DNA of 64,000 nucleotides from Phoronis australis (taxonomy: Eukaryota > Animalia > Phoronida): NCBI GenBank assembly GCA_002633005.1, contig NMRA01000088.1, forward strand, positions 732,437 to 796,436, read 5' to 3'. Positions 1 to 11,819 of this stretch are shown piece after piece. Under the pieces are notes generated by a model, which searched no databases, was not told the origin of the DNA, and was given only the letters and a program-made list of their open reading frames with translations. Both the position numbers and the translations under genes were made by a program. Each line of letters begins with the position of its first letter. The first letter of the stretch is position 1.

Positions 1-458
1 AAATTTAGCGGACATTTTTCGTCAAAAAGTTTACCAGATAGTTTTCATCAAAACGGAGAAAAGAAAAATGGATTTGTGAAGACAGGATTAAGTAGTAGGC
101 CTACCAGAGCCTCTTAAAAAACACCCATCTTCGAAGTGACGTGAACAAATGGACAAGTTTTTTTGGAAGAACAACTTCCATTCACGTCGACGCGAGAACA
201 TAACTTTTTCTCCCACAGCGGATTTTGGGGTCTCCGTACACTATGGAAGCTAACGCCTCTGCATTTCGCTTGCGTAGCCGAACAACCGGCCACACAGCAG
301 CCGACCATGATTAGCAGACGACGTACTTGCCGGAAATTACACCAGATAATTTAGCCAGGTGTCGCCAGTGAATAATGACGTAAGGGCTTGTGCTCAAGCT
401 CACAGATTTCGTCCATTGAAAGTATACGGAGTTGGCGGTCCATGTACTATAGTCTATG
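1..458 (-). mobile_element. End of a THAP-encoding DNA transposon (P-element-like), truncated by the window edge
   Basis: On the minus strand a terminus-like CATAGACTATAGTACATGG starts at 458, followed ~150 bp later by a THAP-domain start. CA-starting termini plus an N-terminal THAP domain are typical of P-superfamily elements. The other end is not visible. Confidence 0.45.
105..308 (-). pseudogene. Frameshifted THAP zinc-finger domain exon
   Basis: MVGCCVAGCS...GVSFH...LWEKKL in one frame, then SICSRHFEDGCF in a shifted frame, completing the C2CH signature. A possible donor CTG|GTAGG follows at 105/104. Confidence 0.75.
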
Positions 459-561
459 ATTTAGGCAATTCCTAACATAATGATGTTTCCAATAGATGAC
501 GCTGATCTTTATTCTTCAAGGATACGCGTGCCTGCATGTATGACGCTGTTGCACTGGGGCT

Positions 562-1168
562 CTCGCTGGTTCCCTGCGTGCTTAGCCCAGCCAGCACGCA
601 GGTATCACGCAGGGGCACGAGCTTTAGCATTGGTCGATGTAACCTCGGCAGTCATTGGTTAGCTTTACAACACCTTGAAAAAATGGCGGACTGTGAACGA
701 TTTTTAGCCATGTCATGCAAGTGGTGCCGCAACAACTATTTTGTTTCTGCAGTGATGTTTTTAAACACGCGTCTATTAAAATAGACGCGTGCTTGAAGCA
801 CATACATGTACAATAAACACATATCTGGCCGATTTAACCGGTGTGTTATTCATACTGTATGAATACAGGACACTGTCGCAAACAAAAGTCATCGACAGTA
901 GAAAGATGCATTCCGAAAAGTGGCAATCACAATTTCTAGGCTTCATATTTCCTGAACATAAATTTTAAGCACCGATTTGTCTGTACAACAGACCACATTT
1001 ACACTTCAGTCCATCAGTAATGCCAGTTTTGCGTAAAGCGCTGCCTGTTGAGAATTCGACTAGCCAATCAGAAACGCCGGTGTAAAAAAATTACCGAGGA
1101 AAATTAAGTGATACCTGCGTGCTGGCGCGGCTACCGCTCCACCTAGCGGCACGCAGGGAAACAGCGAG
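562..1168. mobile_element. Non-autonomous TIR element (MITE) with 10-bp TSD, copy 1
   Basis: Termini CTCGCTGGTTCCCTGCGTGC and GCACGCAGGGAAACAGCGAG are inverted repeats. Perfect flanking duplication CACTGGGGCT at 552-561 and 1169-1178. Near-identical copy at 41351-41918. Confidence 0.92.
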
Positions 1169-1309
1169 CACTGGGGCTATTCGGAGAATTCTCCTCGCGG
1201 TGTCGCTGCTGTACTAGTGGTGATTGAATTGCGCATGTGTCGCTGTCTGCATGTGAACAGCTGGTAAAAAGACGGAATTGTTATCAAAATACGTCGTCGC
1301 GCTAAGCCT

Positions 1310-2205
1310 TATTATTGCTTTTTTCCCTGGTGCAAGTCTTCGACAGGTGGTCACAAATTCCCAAAAGACCTAAGGTTACTACATTCGTAGAGAATTGCGG
1401 TCAAAAGGCTCAACCAACTGACAAAAAGTGTGTGGATGCCGAAGCCCCGTGTGTGCTCTTTGCATTTCCATAGTGAATTTACATGCTGTAACGTTACTTG
1501 GTAAGTTTTTAGCAACCAGTTTCTATCGACATCGTTCGGTGATGTTATCCCCTCCAGTTACACCACTGAATAACGATTTTAGTGAGTGGAACTAAGTGTT
1601 TCTTTTCGGAAATTCACCCGGGATTCGGATGCCGATTAGGCTAGCAGCACATTATTGAGATATTATCCTGGGTGGGAGTGCGCCTAACATAAGAGGTGTA
1701 TGGTACGTGACGCTCAAAAGTCAAGGGTTACTTTTTACAGCAGTTTCTCTTCTAAACTATGCTATGTCCAATAAAATTCTCTAGATGAGTGAGTTTCCTT
1801 ATTTTATAGCGGACCCCACCCCACAGGACTACCAGATTAGTTACCGAATTAACATGAATAAGCTATTCAGTAAATGTCGTAACATTGCATTGGAATAAAA
1901 TTTGACACCTAGAATGAATTGTACTTGTTGAGATCAGAAGCACATTTTAGGTTTCATGAAAAGTACACATTGTTAAATCACTTTTAGCCTGTTTCGCATA
2001 TTTTAATTCAGATCTTAAATAAGACTTGAGTACAAAGATTATTAGCTTCCACATATAAACATGAAGATGAAACGTCAAGTATGTTCTGCCTTACGAAAGT
2101 AGTTTTGTCTTGTGTTTAGTTTTATAATTAGCCAACATTTCTCTGACTATTCTCTTACAGGTGAGAGAAAACGACTGAAACCAACCGCTTGACCGTCTGT
2201 TTCAC
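1310..2205 (+). pseudogene. Degenerate THAP-domain (transposase N-terminus) gene with one intron
   Basis: YCFFPG, then GHKFPKDLRLLHS*RIAVKRLNQLTKSVWMPKPRVCSLHF with the conserved Trp replaced by TAG. Intron GTAAGT (1501) to TCTCTTACAG (2160), then GERKRLKPTA..PSV, matching the THAP AVP box. Confidence 0.8.
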
Positions 2206-2969
2206 CTTTGGACAAAGTAAAAAGTAATCCTTCAGCCATAACCTGAAAGAATTGAACCTATTCAGAATTTCAGCCCTTGATATGCCTGATTGTGGACTCC
2301 ATTACAATTTTGTTTCTTTGTATTTTTGTATGTGCTTGTTCAGTTTGCCATTTTTTTTTAAATACACTGATAATTGTTTATTCTGGAATCTTGTGCATAG
2401 CAGATACTTATCCAGCTAGCTACAATTGAAAACATAGTATTGCTTTTCTTGCATGTGGAACTTTTGTTCATAGACAAGTTAACACAAACCATAAAATTGT
2501 TCAAAGGCCTTCTTGAAAAAGCTCTAAAAATAATAACACACACAAACAAATCAAATGCAAACAAAGGGAATACTTCATTTCGATCGCTGGACATTTCTAT
2601 AGGTCAACAGGAAAATGACAATTCGCAAGCTTATTCCGTAATCATTTCAGCTTTATAAAGAATAAGCACAACTGCACTGTATGGGGTTTTAAAACTGAAG
2701 AAATATTGTGGTTTCAATAATTGGTGACAAACTTTCCTAGTGATGAAAAATTTATTCGATCATCTAAGTAACACTAACAGGCTTTCTACTGACAATAAAA
2801 CAATCGATGCAGTTCCTGAATGTCATTTCCCCATAATTTGTGCCAATTTGAAAAGTTTTTACCATTAGTATTAAGCCTTTCTTCTGAAAGGAAAAGTTAA
2901 AATGTCACTCAGTGAGAAAGGACAGGTATTTATACCAGATGCTTTTGGTTTTCTTTTCACTGGGATCTA

Positions 2970-4493
2970 GTTTCTATGGCCTATAGAAGCGCTTGTAAAA
3001 AAAGGTCCAGTTTCGGCACGTGGCTTTCCTTCATGTAACCTCATTCAGCCTCAAAAGCATCCACAATTAGATCCTTGAAGCTACACACAACAGCATATCA
3101 CTGGATTTGTGCCAAAAATCTGACCCTGAACTAAACCAGAGTGTCACTACGTCTGCTTTAGCTTCAGTCCCTCATGTTTCTTCCAGGAAAGGAAATTAGC
3201 TATTCTCCACACATGACTCATTGTCTATGAAAGGGCATCCTCACCAACGAGGCTGACTTTTGTAGCAGTCGGATATAGTTCCTCTTCATACACAAACAAA
3301 CCACTGGCACATTGTCTTATGGTAACTTAGTACTGCGATTCACATTTCTCCAGGGCCACTGACTTGTACATGCTATGGAGCTCTGCAGGTGTGTGGAAAT
3401 GATGTGGGAAGAGAAAGAATCAACAAAGCTTGTCTATGCTGCGGCTTGATATGGCCTTAAAATGTCACTGAACCTGGAACAAATATTGAAATATGAATAA
3501 TTAAGTACTCCAGGTTGGGTCAAAAATACTACCCCTGTTTTTCAAAAATATGATATTGTGACTGCTCTACAATTTCACACAAAATTGAATAATTACTGTT
3601 TCCAGAAAGCAAGGGTGTATATAATAAGTATTGCATAAAACTGTGTCTTTATTTTTCATTTGTAGCCATAACAATTCGTTAAACGCATCACTTGTCTGCA
3701 AAATATGCAAGTTTATTGAGACAACTTCAAACCTTTGTTACCCATTTTCAAGCCTTTTTATTTTTGATACTTTCAGCAATTTTAAACTCCGATTACAGAT
3801 CAATGGGTCTGTCAAGCATACTTCTAGTCTAAGGCTGAGGGAACCGTTTCTCAGACTTTTTACTTTTCTTCTAATAGAAGATATGAAGACTTGGGTCATT
3901 TAAAACATGATGGATAATCTTTTTGTTGTTTAAAAGTAATTAAAAATCGTAAGGCACCATCAAAAATGCAATTTCCACAAAAAGTGGCAGTTATTTGAAT
4001 TTATAAACAACTTGCAACATTTCAGGGCATGAGTTAAGACTATTCAGTCACTGAAAATTCAGAAAATGTAATATATTTTCATGGGTTTACAATTGATAGC
4101 AAAACAGTTTCACGAAATAAACTTGAAGGAACTTCATGAAGGTTAAGAATTACCTCACTATGTTCTTTCCCCCAAACATGTACTACCTGTTATTTCCACG
4201 CATTCAGTTGCACCAAATTTTACAACCTCAACCCCCTATGCCAATCCAGCGCTAAGGACATGATAAGTAAATTAACAAAATGACTTACATACCTTTCTTT
4301 AAAAATAGCTGTTCCTTTTCAAAGGCTTTGTTCATTGTCTCCAATACATAAAGTAGGCTTTGACAACAGATCTGCATTGGATGGGAAGATCTTGCTGGTT
4401 AGCTGCAGTTAAATGCTTAAAACCAATTTTTGTCCATTCAGGGATGGTGTAGAAGCGATGCATATCTCCTCTGCACGGTACAAGCCCTCAAAC
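2970..4493 (-). pseudogene. Degenerate YqaJ/lambda-exonuclease-like transposon accessory gene
   Basis: Minus-strand fragments SGLFVYEEELYP..SLVGEDA and VQGQIFG (3131-3111) resemble YqaJ motifs. Exon-like 4493-4293 (TTTTTAG|G ... AAAG|GTATGT) ends in RAFEKGTAIFKE-like sequence; acceptor GTTCCAG| at 3474/3473. Many stops and frameshifts. Confidence 0.55.
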
Positions 4494-5548
4494 CTAAAAA
4501 ACAAAGATCACGTGAAAACAGGCATGATAGTTTTCCATTTCAACGTGTAATAGATTTCCGGAAGACATAGGATAGGGAGTAAACAAATAGTCTAATGGAT
4601 ATTTGTCACGTACCATTTGCCATTGGGCTTGGATTGTAATCTTAACTCACTAACCAATATCGAGTTGACAGCATGAACATTCAGCATTGATTGATGTAAC
4701 TGTCACTTATAAACCTGCTAGAAATCATTCCAAACAATAATACTGCTTTGATGTACGAAAAGATCCCGAGTTCTACGTCAAGTATCGTAACGCACATCAC
4801 AACAAACAAAGATTAACCCGACTGGCGACTGCCGCGAAGTCGACATCGGCGAGTACCTCAGTTAACAGGCATCAGTAGAATAAACATGGAATAATCATTA
4901 AAATAATCACAATCATTATCTTTGTATAAGGGCGTGCTAACTTCCTCTCATAGAAGCACCCTTTTCACGCAATCTCAGATTCAGTTGGCACGGCTGCAAG
5001 CCATTTCACCACGTATTTAAAGGGCTCGCGAAATCGAGGCTGATTATCTAGCACCACTAGTACACGCGCGCCCTCTAGTTAATTTAAATTTTCCGAATAG
5101 ACCCCCTTGTATGGATAATAGCATCGTTTTCGGTGTCACCAAGTAACAGTTACCAGAAAATTTAAGCTTTCAGGTAGCAGCAGATACGATTTTTGGTAAG
5201 GTTTTCTCTACGTGTCCAGCTTATCTACGTTTTCTCTGTTTGAAAATGGGAAACCCGTTGAAAATATAGGTTGTTGTTTCAATTCCACCGTTTTCTCTTT
5301 AAAGAAAAAGTAACATACACTTTCCTGGTTGTGTTTACTTAAGAAATGGGTAGCAGTGAATCGGTAAAAACAAAGCAGTATTACTTAAAATGTTATTGAA
5401 ATCGTCAGTGAAAACCGTGGAGCCAATTGCCGAAAATATTTTATTTTTAGACGACCTTGTTTCGAAACATCGCCACCCGTGTGTCGAAGTGATTGATTTT
5501 CTCATACACTTACGGTCTTCAACCGAAGCCCATTACTTGGGGTCCATT

Positions 5549-5957
5549 GTCCGGTTGCATGAAAAACTCCCAATTAATAGGGACTCGACTAAAATCCTTA
5601 AATTTACCGCATATTTGTTGACTTGAGTAAACAGTGATTGTCCATTCTTGTACTGTTTCAGTTTAATCACTACGTTAGGTTTTGGCTTTGATACAAATTA
5701 AGAGTGAACTCTAGGTTGAAAAGCTAAAATTACTAAAAATAAGTGGAGATATTTTCTTGCAATGTCCCTAATTTAAGTCCCTGTTCATTTTCACTGAACT
5801 AAGGGCTCGGTTTTTTAGTTAAATTATTAGAAATTGTCACTATTCAAAGAGGAGCTCGTAGTAAAGATAAATGATTACATCTGTGAGTAAAGAACGACAC
5901 AAAAACGCAAAGAATTTAGGGAACTTACCTATCTGGGACTGTTTAATGCAACCGACC
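5549..5957. mobile_element. PIF/Harbinger-type MITE, family A copy 1
   Basis: TIRs CCGGTTGCATGAAA and TTTAATGCAACCGACC. Colinear with 43396-43823 (shared AATAGGGACTC.ACTAA, AGAGTGAACTCTA, CAAAGAGGAGCTC). Confidence 0.85.
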
Positions 5958-7785
5958 ACATATCCTCAACAGAGTCCACCCGTCCAATAATTTGTAGGTG
6001 TCAGGAAGAACTTGTGGGGCCGAAGAAAAGGGGCGTCGAGAGACAGCAAGGCATGTAGAAGAGAGAAATTTTAAGAGAACATTAATCAACATCGAGTGCT
6101 GGGCTTACTCCTTTGGGGCATTGGACAGGACAGTTTTGAAGTACAGGACATCTCTAAACGTACTTCGAAAACTTCCGAGAAAACTTGTAATACACAGATG
6201 TTTCAGACCAAAATGTTTTTAAGTTCAAGAAGACAATTTTAGGGAAGGCGAAACTCGAGGGACCCCACTCTGGCAAGGTATAGTGGAACCACCTGTCGCT
6301 CTCTTTTCCGTTAAGGCAAAAGTTTGGCGAAGTCGAATTACTTCGTCCACCCCTACCTCCTTTCGTTATGGTTTATGTTCCTACGGGTCTGAAGATTTAT
6401 AACTAGTGGATAAAGTACCTATCATAAATTCTGCTTGGTACCGCTGTTCGATGTGTCGGTATGGCTTCGACAGACATACATTCGACGGAATAAAACTCGT
6501 CTTCGTTTCTGACATTTTTGTACGGTTATCCAGACTACAAGTAGGTTTGATTATTGGTCCCAGTGATTCGCGATACCTATTATTGTACATAAACTCGTCA
6601 AAAGTTAAAGTTTCGGGTTACAATTCGCCGAAATTTCGCGTTTGAGCTGTAATTTGTAGCTGGAATCAAAGAGTCAGTTCAAGCGTGGACGAGGATAAGA
6701 CACTCGTCTCCCTAAACCATCATGTATTCAAAAACACTTATCTTGAGTTCATACTAAATCCGACAAAACAGCATTTGTCAGAAATAATTTAAATCTTGGT
6801 CTACTTTCAATTCCAAACACTTCAAAACCAAGAAAAAATACAAAATGGCAGCTCAAAATTCCAATATGCCTGCCGTTTTTCAGCTTTCTCATGGTGAGGC
6901 CGTATTCTATGTTTACAGTCTGAATAAGGTATTCATTCATAGCGTGTTTCTTTCCTTAAATTCGTTGCTCAGCGAATGCATTGCATTTTAATTATATTGC
7001 CGACAACCGTGCAAACTTTTATTAAATTGCATAGTGTTAGCAATACTGCATTATTCGCGAAGAAATTCTTTTACTTTCACTTCTTAAAATGTCTCGTGCA
7101 ATAAAACTACGATATCGTATTTGCTAAAGGAACCTCCCGTGCACTTTACAGGTTTGCTGTATATCAGAAAGGTACTTCGACGACAATTTGCTTCATGATT
7201 GACTATAGGTGTCGCTGTATAATCAGCAATTGTGGCGCGGAGCACTCCTAGTAATTTCTCTCGTAGTGTCTAAACAATTTCCTTTCTTCGTGCGTGCAGC
7301 TATGTAGCAAAACATAGAACTAGCACCAGAACGTGTATTATAAGAACTGTATGTCTAATAATTATCTGAGAGACAAACGTGTGATTGTAAGGGATAACGT
7401 TAAGGTGGTCAAACCTGGTGATAGTTCGGATGTAATTATTTATTATTAGAATATAAAGTCACGTGACCTTGTCATGAACAACAACCCCAGTCGTGAAAAA
7501 TTGTGACCAATGGCCAAATGTAATGTTGTTTACTAATTCACATGTCATGTGGACGAATGTCTTCTCATTCTCGTGAACAGCTTTATATGGGACACACAGT
7601 GTGTTCCCTCTCCCTATTGTTGTCCATGCACTCGGAGGGAGGGTCCATTCAAGGTCATTTTTACACCAACATGGCCGAAAAATAACTAGGCAAGAAATAG
7701 TAGACAATACCATTATTCGCTCTATTGAGAATGGCACATTTCGGTTAAAGATATTGATCAGTCACTAAAAACATGTGCTGAAAAA

Positions 7786-8027
7786 ATGCGCGCACCCAGC
7801 CTGAAAAATGGGCTTGGGGATCGAATTTTTGAGAATGTGAACCTTTTTACTAAAAAACGGGGTGCGTTCAGAGCTATGAATTGTGCATTCGCCGAATTTT
7901 GGTAATTCCTGGCTTTTTAGTGGACTTTTGCCTCGTTTTCTACTTTTCGGACTTTTTGTTTCTCTGAAGTGGACCTTTTTCCCCACTTCGCCAAACGGGG
8001 GGCTCGTTCGAGCCCCTCCACCCTGGA
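7786..8027 (-). repeat. Dispersed TIR-type repeat (ATGCGCGCACCCAG terminus)
   Basis: Reverse complement GTCCACTTCAGAGAAACAAAAAGTCCGAAAAGTAGAAAACGAGGCAAAAGTCCACT matches ~17002-17060, and both copies carry ATGCGCGCACCCAG. Confidence 0.7.
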
Positions 8028-8789
8028 ATGAGTAGCTCACTGGTGTTTACAGCACGCTTGCACTGTTTCGTTAGCCTTGTGGGTTTCCTACCGTGTGATA
8101 CATTCACACTCTGCTTGTATGCCGTCTACCCGCTGTCACGTGTGTTTCACTGTTTATGTCGCTTCGTATTTGTTCATTTCACTTATTGCCTGATGATGAG
8201 ACATGCGGTCTCGAAAGACAGCGAAAGGTTGTAATTTGTTCGTTTGTTATGCCTCTCGGTGTTTTGCTAAATAGCTGAAGAAAGAAGATTGTTTCGACAC
8301 TACGAGCGAGTCTGTATTAAGCTGCCAAACAGAAAGTACAGTCGTGCTTTCAACGAAGTTTGTGTTAACGATGGGCTGCTACCGAACTGAATCCTCTTAT
8401 GTGAAATATAACATTATATTTCCTAAGTGTGCTGAGAAAGTTCAGAATAGTCACTGAGACTCATTTTTCGAAGAATAAAAACTGGCGCAAAATCTTGGAT
8501 TTGAGGTCGTGTTTGGTGAGTTGAACATCTAAAATTTGATGTTTGGCGTTTGAGGCTAGTCGGGTTGAAATCCCCACACTGAGGTCGCATTTGACTAGCT
8601 AGTAGTCGTCAAGGATGAGTCTACATGGAATCTTTCAGTTTATGCTCAACTAGAAGGAAAGCCCCGGCGGCCGACTTGAATTAACTGACAAGTTAATTTT
8701 GACATCTAGTTTCTTTTGCGCTGTGGTTTTTAAATTAACGCATACAACGATATGTGACATTTCTTATAAACGCATTTTGTTATTGTTTA

Positions 8790-8960
8790 AGGTGTCATTT
8801 TATTCAATAAAACGTTAAACATACAAATGTTAAATAATAACTTATTCTCATATTTACAATGATAAATAATATGTACAGACTCTATACATAATAACTTAAA
8901 TATAACTTAACATGTTACATCAAATTTATAAATATAGCAAATTTTACATTTACAACACAA
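8790..8960 (-). terminator. Probable polyadenylation region of the TGF-beta gene
   Basis: Minus-strand AATAAA at 8803-8798 ends a very AU-rich block with several TGTA and ATTTA motifs. An alternative AATAAA lies at 9317-9312. Confidence 0.5.
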
Positions 8961-10226
8961 CGCATATGCACAATCCAACGTTGAGTCATCAAATAAACTG
9001 TTTACGTGAGCCACGTGACCAAATGCTTCAGATTTAGTGTAAAACAACAGGCGTCGCTTCTCAGAAGTGAGAAAGTGTTACGACGCCTCGGTCTAATGAC
9101 GAATCAGTGATTATTCTCCTGAAACGCTATTGGTAAAAATGTGCTGAAAATAAAACGTTCCCAAGTGAAAACAAAGATAGTATCATTGAATCTATGACAG
9201 TACGTGACGTTAACCAAAAACCAGATTATGAGGGTACGCATTGCACTGTAACATTTTAAAAGTTGTATTGAGCGCTACTTAAGTGGGCAAGGTAAACTAA
9301 GAATGAGTAAGTTTATTTAGCCAAAACAAAAAATAACACCTATAAGCCAGACTGCGACCCCAATAAAACCATAGAAATCAAAAAGTGTCTTATTTCACGA
9401 CTTGATTTTTGTGTCCGTCGCCACTGTGTCAAGTAGTGTCCGTATTCGCTTAACAACGCTCAATACACCTTTAAGAAAACTGAATGCCGATCAACCATTT
9501 CATGAGATTCTCGTATTGCATTTTCTTCTTCTAAAACACCAAATAATCGATAAGAATATTTGCACAGTTTTTATACTCGTTACATCACACGCTTGTCCAA
9601 TTCAGCGTAATGTTTTGGGCTTCAGCCGCATGCTTGGGGCGCACATGCCAGTCTGCAGACAGAGACCCCTAGTTTGACGAATCCAGAAAGATATCGTTGC
9701 GGTTTGGTCTGTTTAATATGTGTTTTCCTTAAAGGCTTCAGTTTGTTAAGTATATCAAGGACAATTATGTCCGACTACAAAATGACGCCATTAGTTACTG
9801 AGAGCTTAACCGCAAAAAGAACTCTTGAAGGTGTTAATGGGAGAGTCAAAGTCTGCTATTTCGCGTTCGAAAACAACTTAATCTGCACGACCATTTAATA
9901 CTGCAAAAAGGAAGGATAGAATGAAACCCAAACTGATATGTACTCAAGTCAAATTTAAAGGAAACTTAAACTTTGACCCAATGCATCCGTCCAAATGATG
10001 GACGGAATAATGTCAGAAACAATCAAACTTTACTCAAGACTGTAATTGAAAATTGACCAATCGCATCGCGAGGAGTTAAAAAATTTTTACTCGAAACGTG
10101 ACAGGTGATTGGTCAATGATAGAAGAATCACGTGAAAACGCTTTGAGAAAAACTTCGAACTATACATTCCTTCACGTGCATGATTCATAAAAAACACATC
10201 TAGTCCACGCACTGTAAGAGAAAACG

Positions 10227-10474
10227 GGGACCCGTTCCAACAAAACTGGCTTAGCTAAGACAAATCCTAAATTTTAGTAACTTTTAAAATAAAAGTTAAA
10301 CTTGTCTCAAAACCAATTCAAGAAAGAGATGTTAAGTTTGGATTAACTGTGTGATGTAAGTTTTGTCTTAAATTTCACTAACTAACAGAATGTGGAAGTT
10401 TCAAAGTTTGGAATTTAAGACAAATCTTAAACTTAAGTCAAAAATGAACTTAAGTCAGTTTCTTGAAACAGGCC
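10227..10474. mobile_element. PIF/Harbinger-type MITE within the predicted 3' UTR
   Basis: Imperfect TIRs GGGACCCGTTCCAACAAAACTGGCTTAG and CTTAAGTCAGTTTCTTGAAACAGGCC, with internal TAAGAC/GTCTTA subrepeats. Confidence 0.65.
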
Positions 10475-11819
10475 ACTCAGAACTCAATGAGACATTTACT
10501 ATTGTAGAAGCCTGATATAGATTTATAGCTTACAACATAAAACATGGATGAAACAAAATACTGTTCACTGCAGTTCACGACTCAAAAATACTATACGTCC
10601 TAGTGTGCCCCAATCTCCCCTACATAACGGAATACAATATATCAATTATGGACATATTCAAACGTTCTCTTAACCATATGGCCAAACGCTGATCTAGCTT
10701 TGCCAGTTGTTCCTAACGCCGAACACCTGTGTTCTCTATCCTTGCACGTGACCTTGGCTTCTTGGTCCCACAGACATTACGAGATTTTTTCAAAAATGAT
10801 GAAACCAATGACTGGTGAGAATTAACCTTCCCCGTTTCTCTTACGCATGATTAGAAGGACGAATTATGGGAAATATGTATGGCAACATTGTTGTCATTTT
10901 ACGGATATTGAAAACTGATGCGCGTGCATCGCTGCGCAAAGATTTGTGGGATATGATTCAGTCAATCCAAAACGATGACGTTTCTGCAATGAGAGACAAA
11001 TTACTAAATTCCTTTCACCGCCCTCCATCGGTAATATCCACTTGTTCACATCTTAGGATTTTCTTCAAGTGTTCCTACATCCAGCGACACAACATGAAGT
11101 CTACGGATAAGTCCATATGGGATGAAGCCGTGGAGTAGTTTCCAATTGTTGAATGAATTCTTTCTTTTCCTGGCTGGTTCCCGGCCTAAACGCTAGATAG
11201 CATGGCAATTTCCTGTTAAGGATGGACAACTAGGCTCGCTTGTGTATCATTTTTTGTTGCAGGGGCGTGGGTAAGAGTTATTAAGGAGCTAAATCTCACT
11301 ACGGGAGTTGTGAACATATTTCCCATGATGCGTCATTGTTATCATGCGTTAGAAACAGCAAAAAGGTCCATATAGCACCGATGATGAAGAGCAAGATGAC
11401 GGTTACAGTCACCTCATCATCTACCTAACAAATAAAATAGAGAGAATGTCTTACTATGGCAACACGGCACACGGAGATCTCTCAAGCCGTGGCATATTGC
11501 TTAGCGCGTTTCATTTAGTTTTAACGCGCATTCGAAGGCCTTTTCTTCCCGCAACAAAGGACAATTGAAACTAGTTCGTTAACACGTTGGCGTGCCAAAA
11601 CGCAACCAGAAAGCTGGGTACCATTTTCAAACTGTGACAAACGAAACCAAAATAAATGTTTTCGAGCACTTTGACAGATAACGTGTTTGTACGTTGCGGA
11701 AAGGATGGCCAAGCATCGACCAAAAGATGTCGCTGCTTTACTGGTTCACGCTGAGACACAAGGTGTCCGCGGTGCTGCCTGTCGTAAGACAATGGATACA
11801 GAGATATAATCGCAATCAA

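Larger units (their letters stand above)
1173..5105. mobile_element. Decayed ISL2EU-like (PIF/Harbinger group) DNA transposon
   Basis: Imperfect TIRs GGGGCTATTCGGAGAATT and AATTTTCCGAATAGACCCC, both with a subterminal GTACTAGTGGTG. Contains convergent remnants of a THAP gene (+) and a YqaJ-like exonuclease gene (-), the known ISL2EU layout. Confidence 0.7.
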
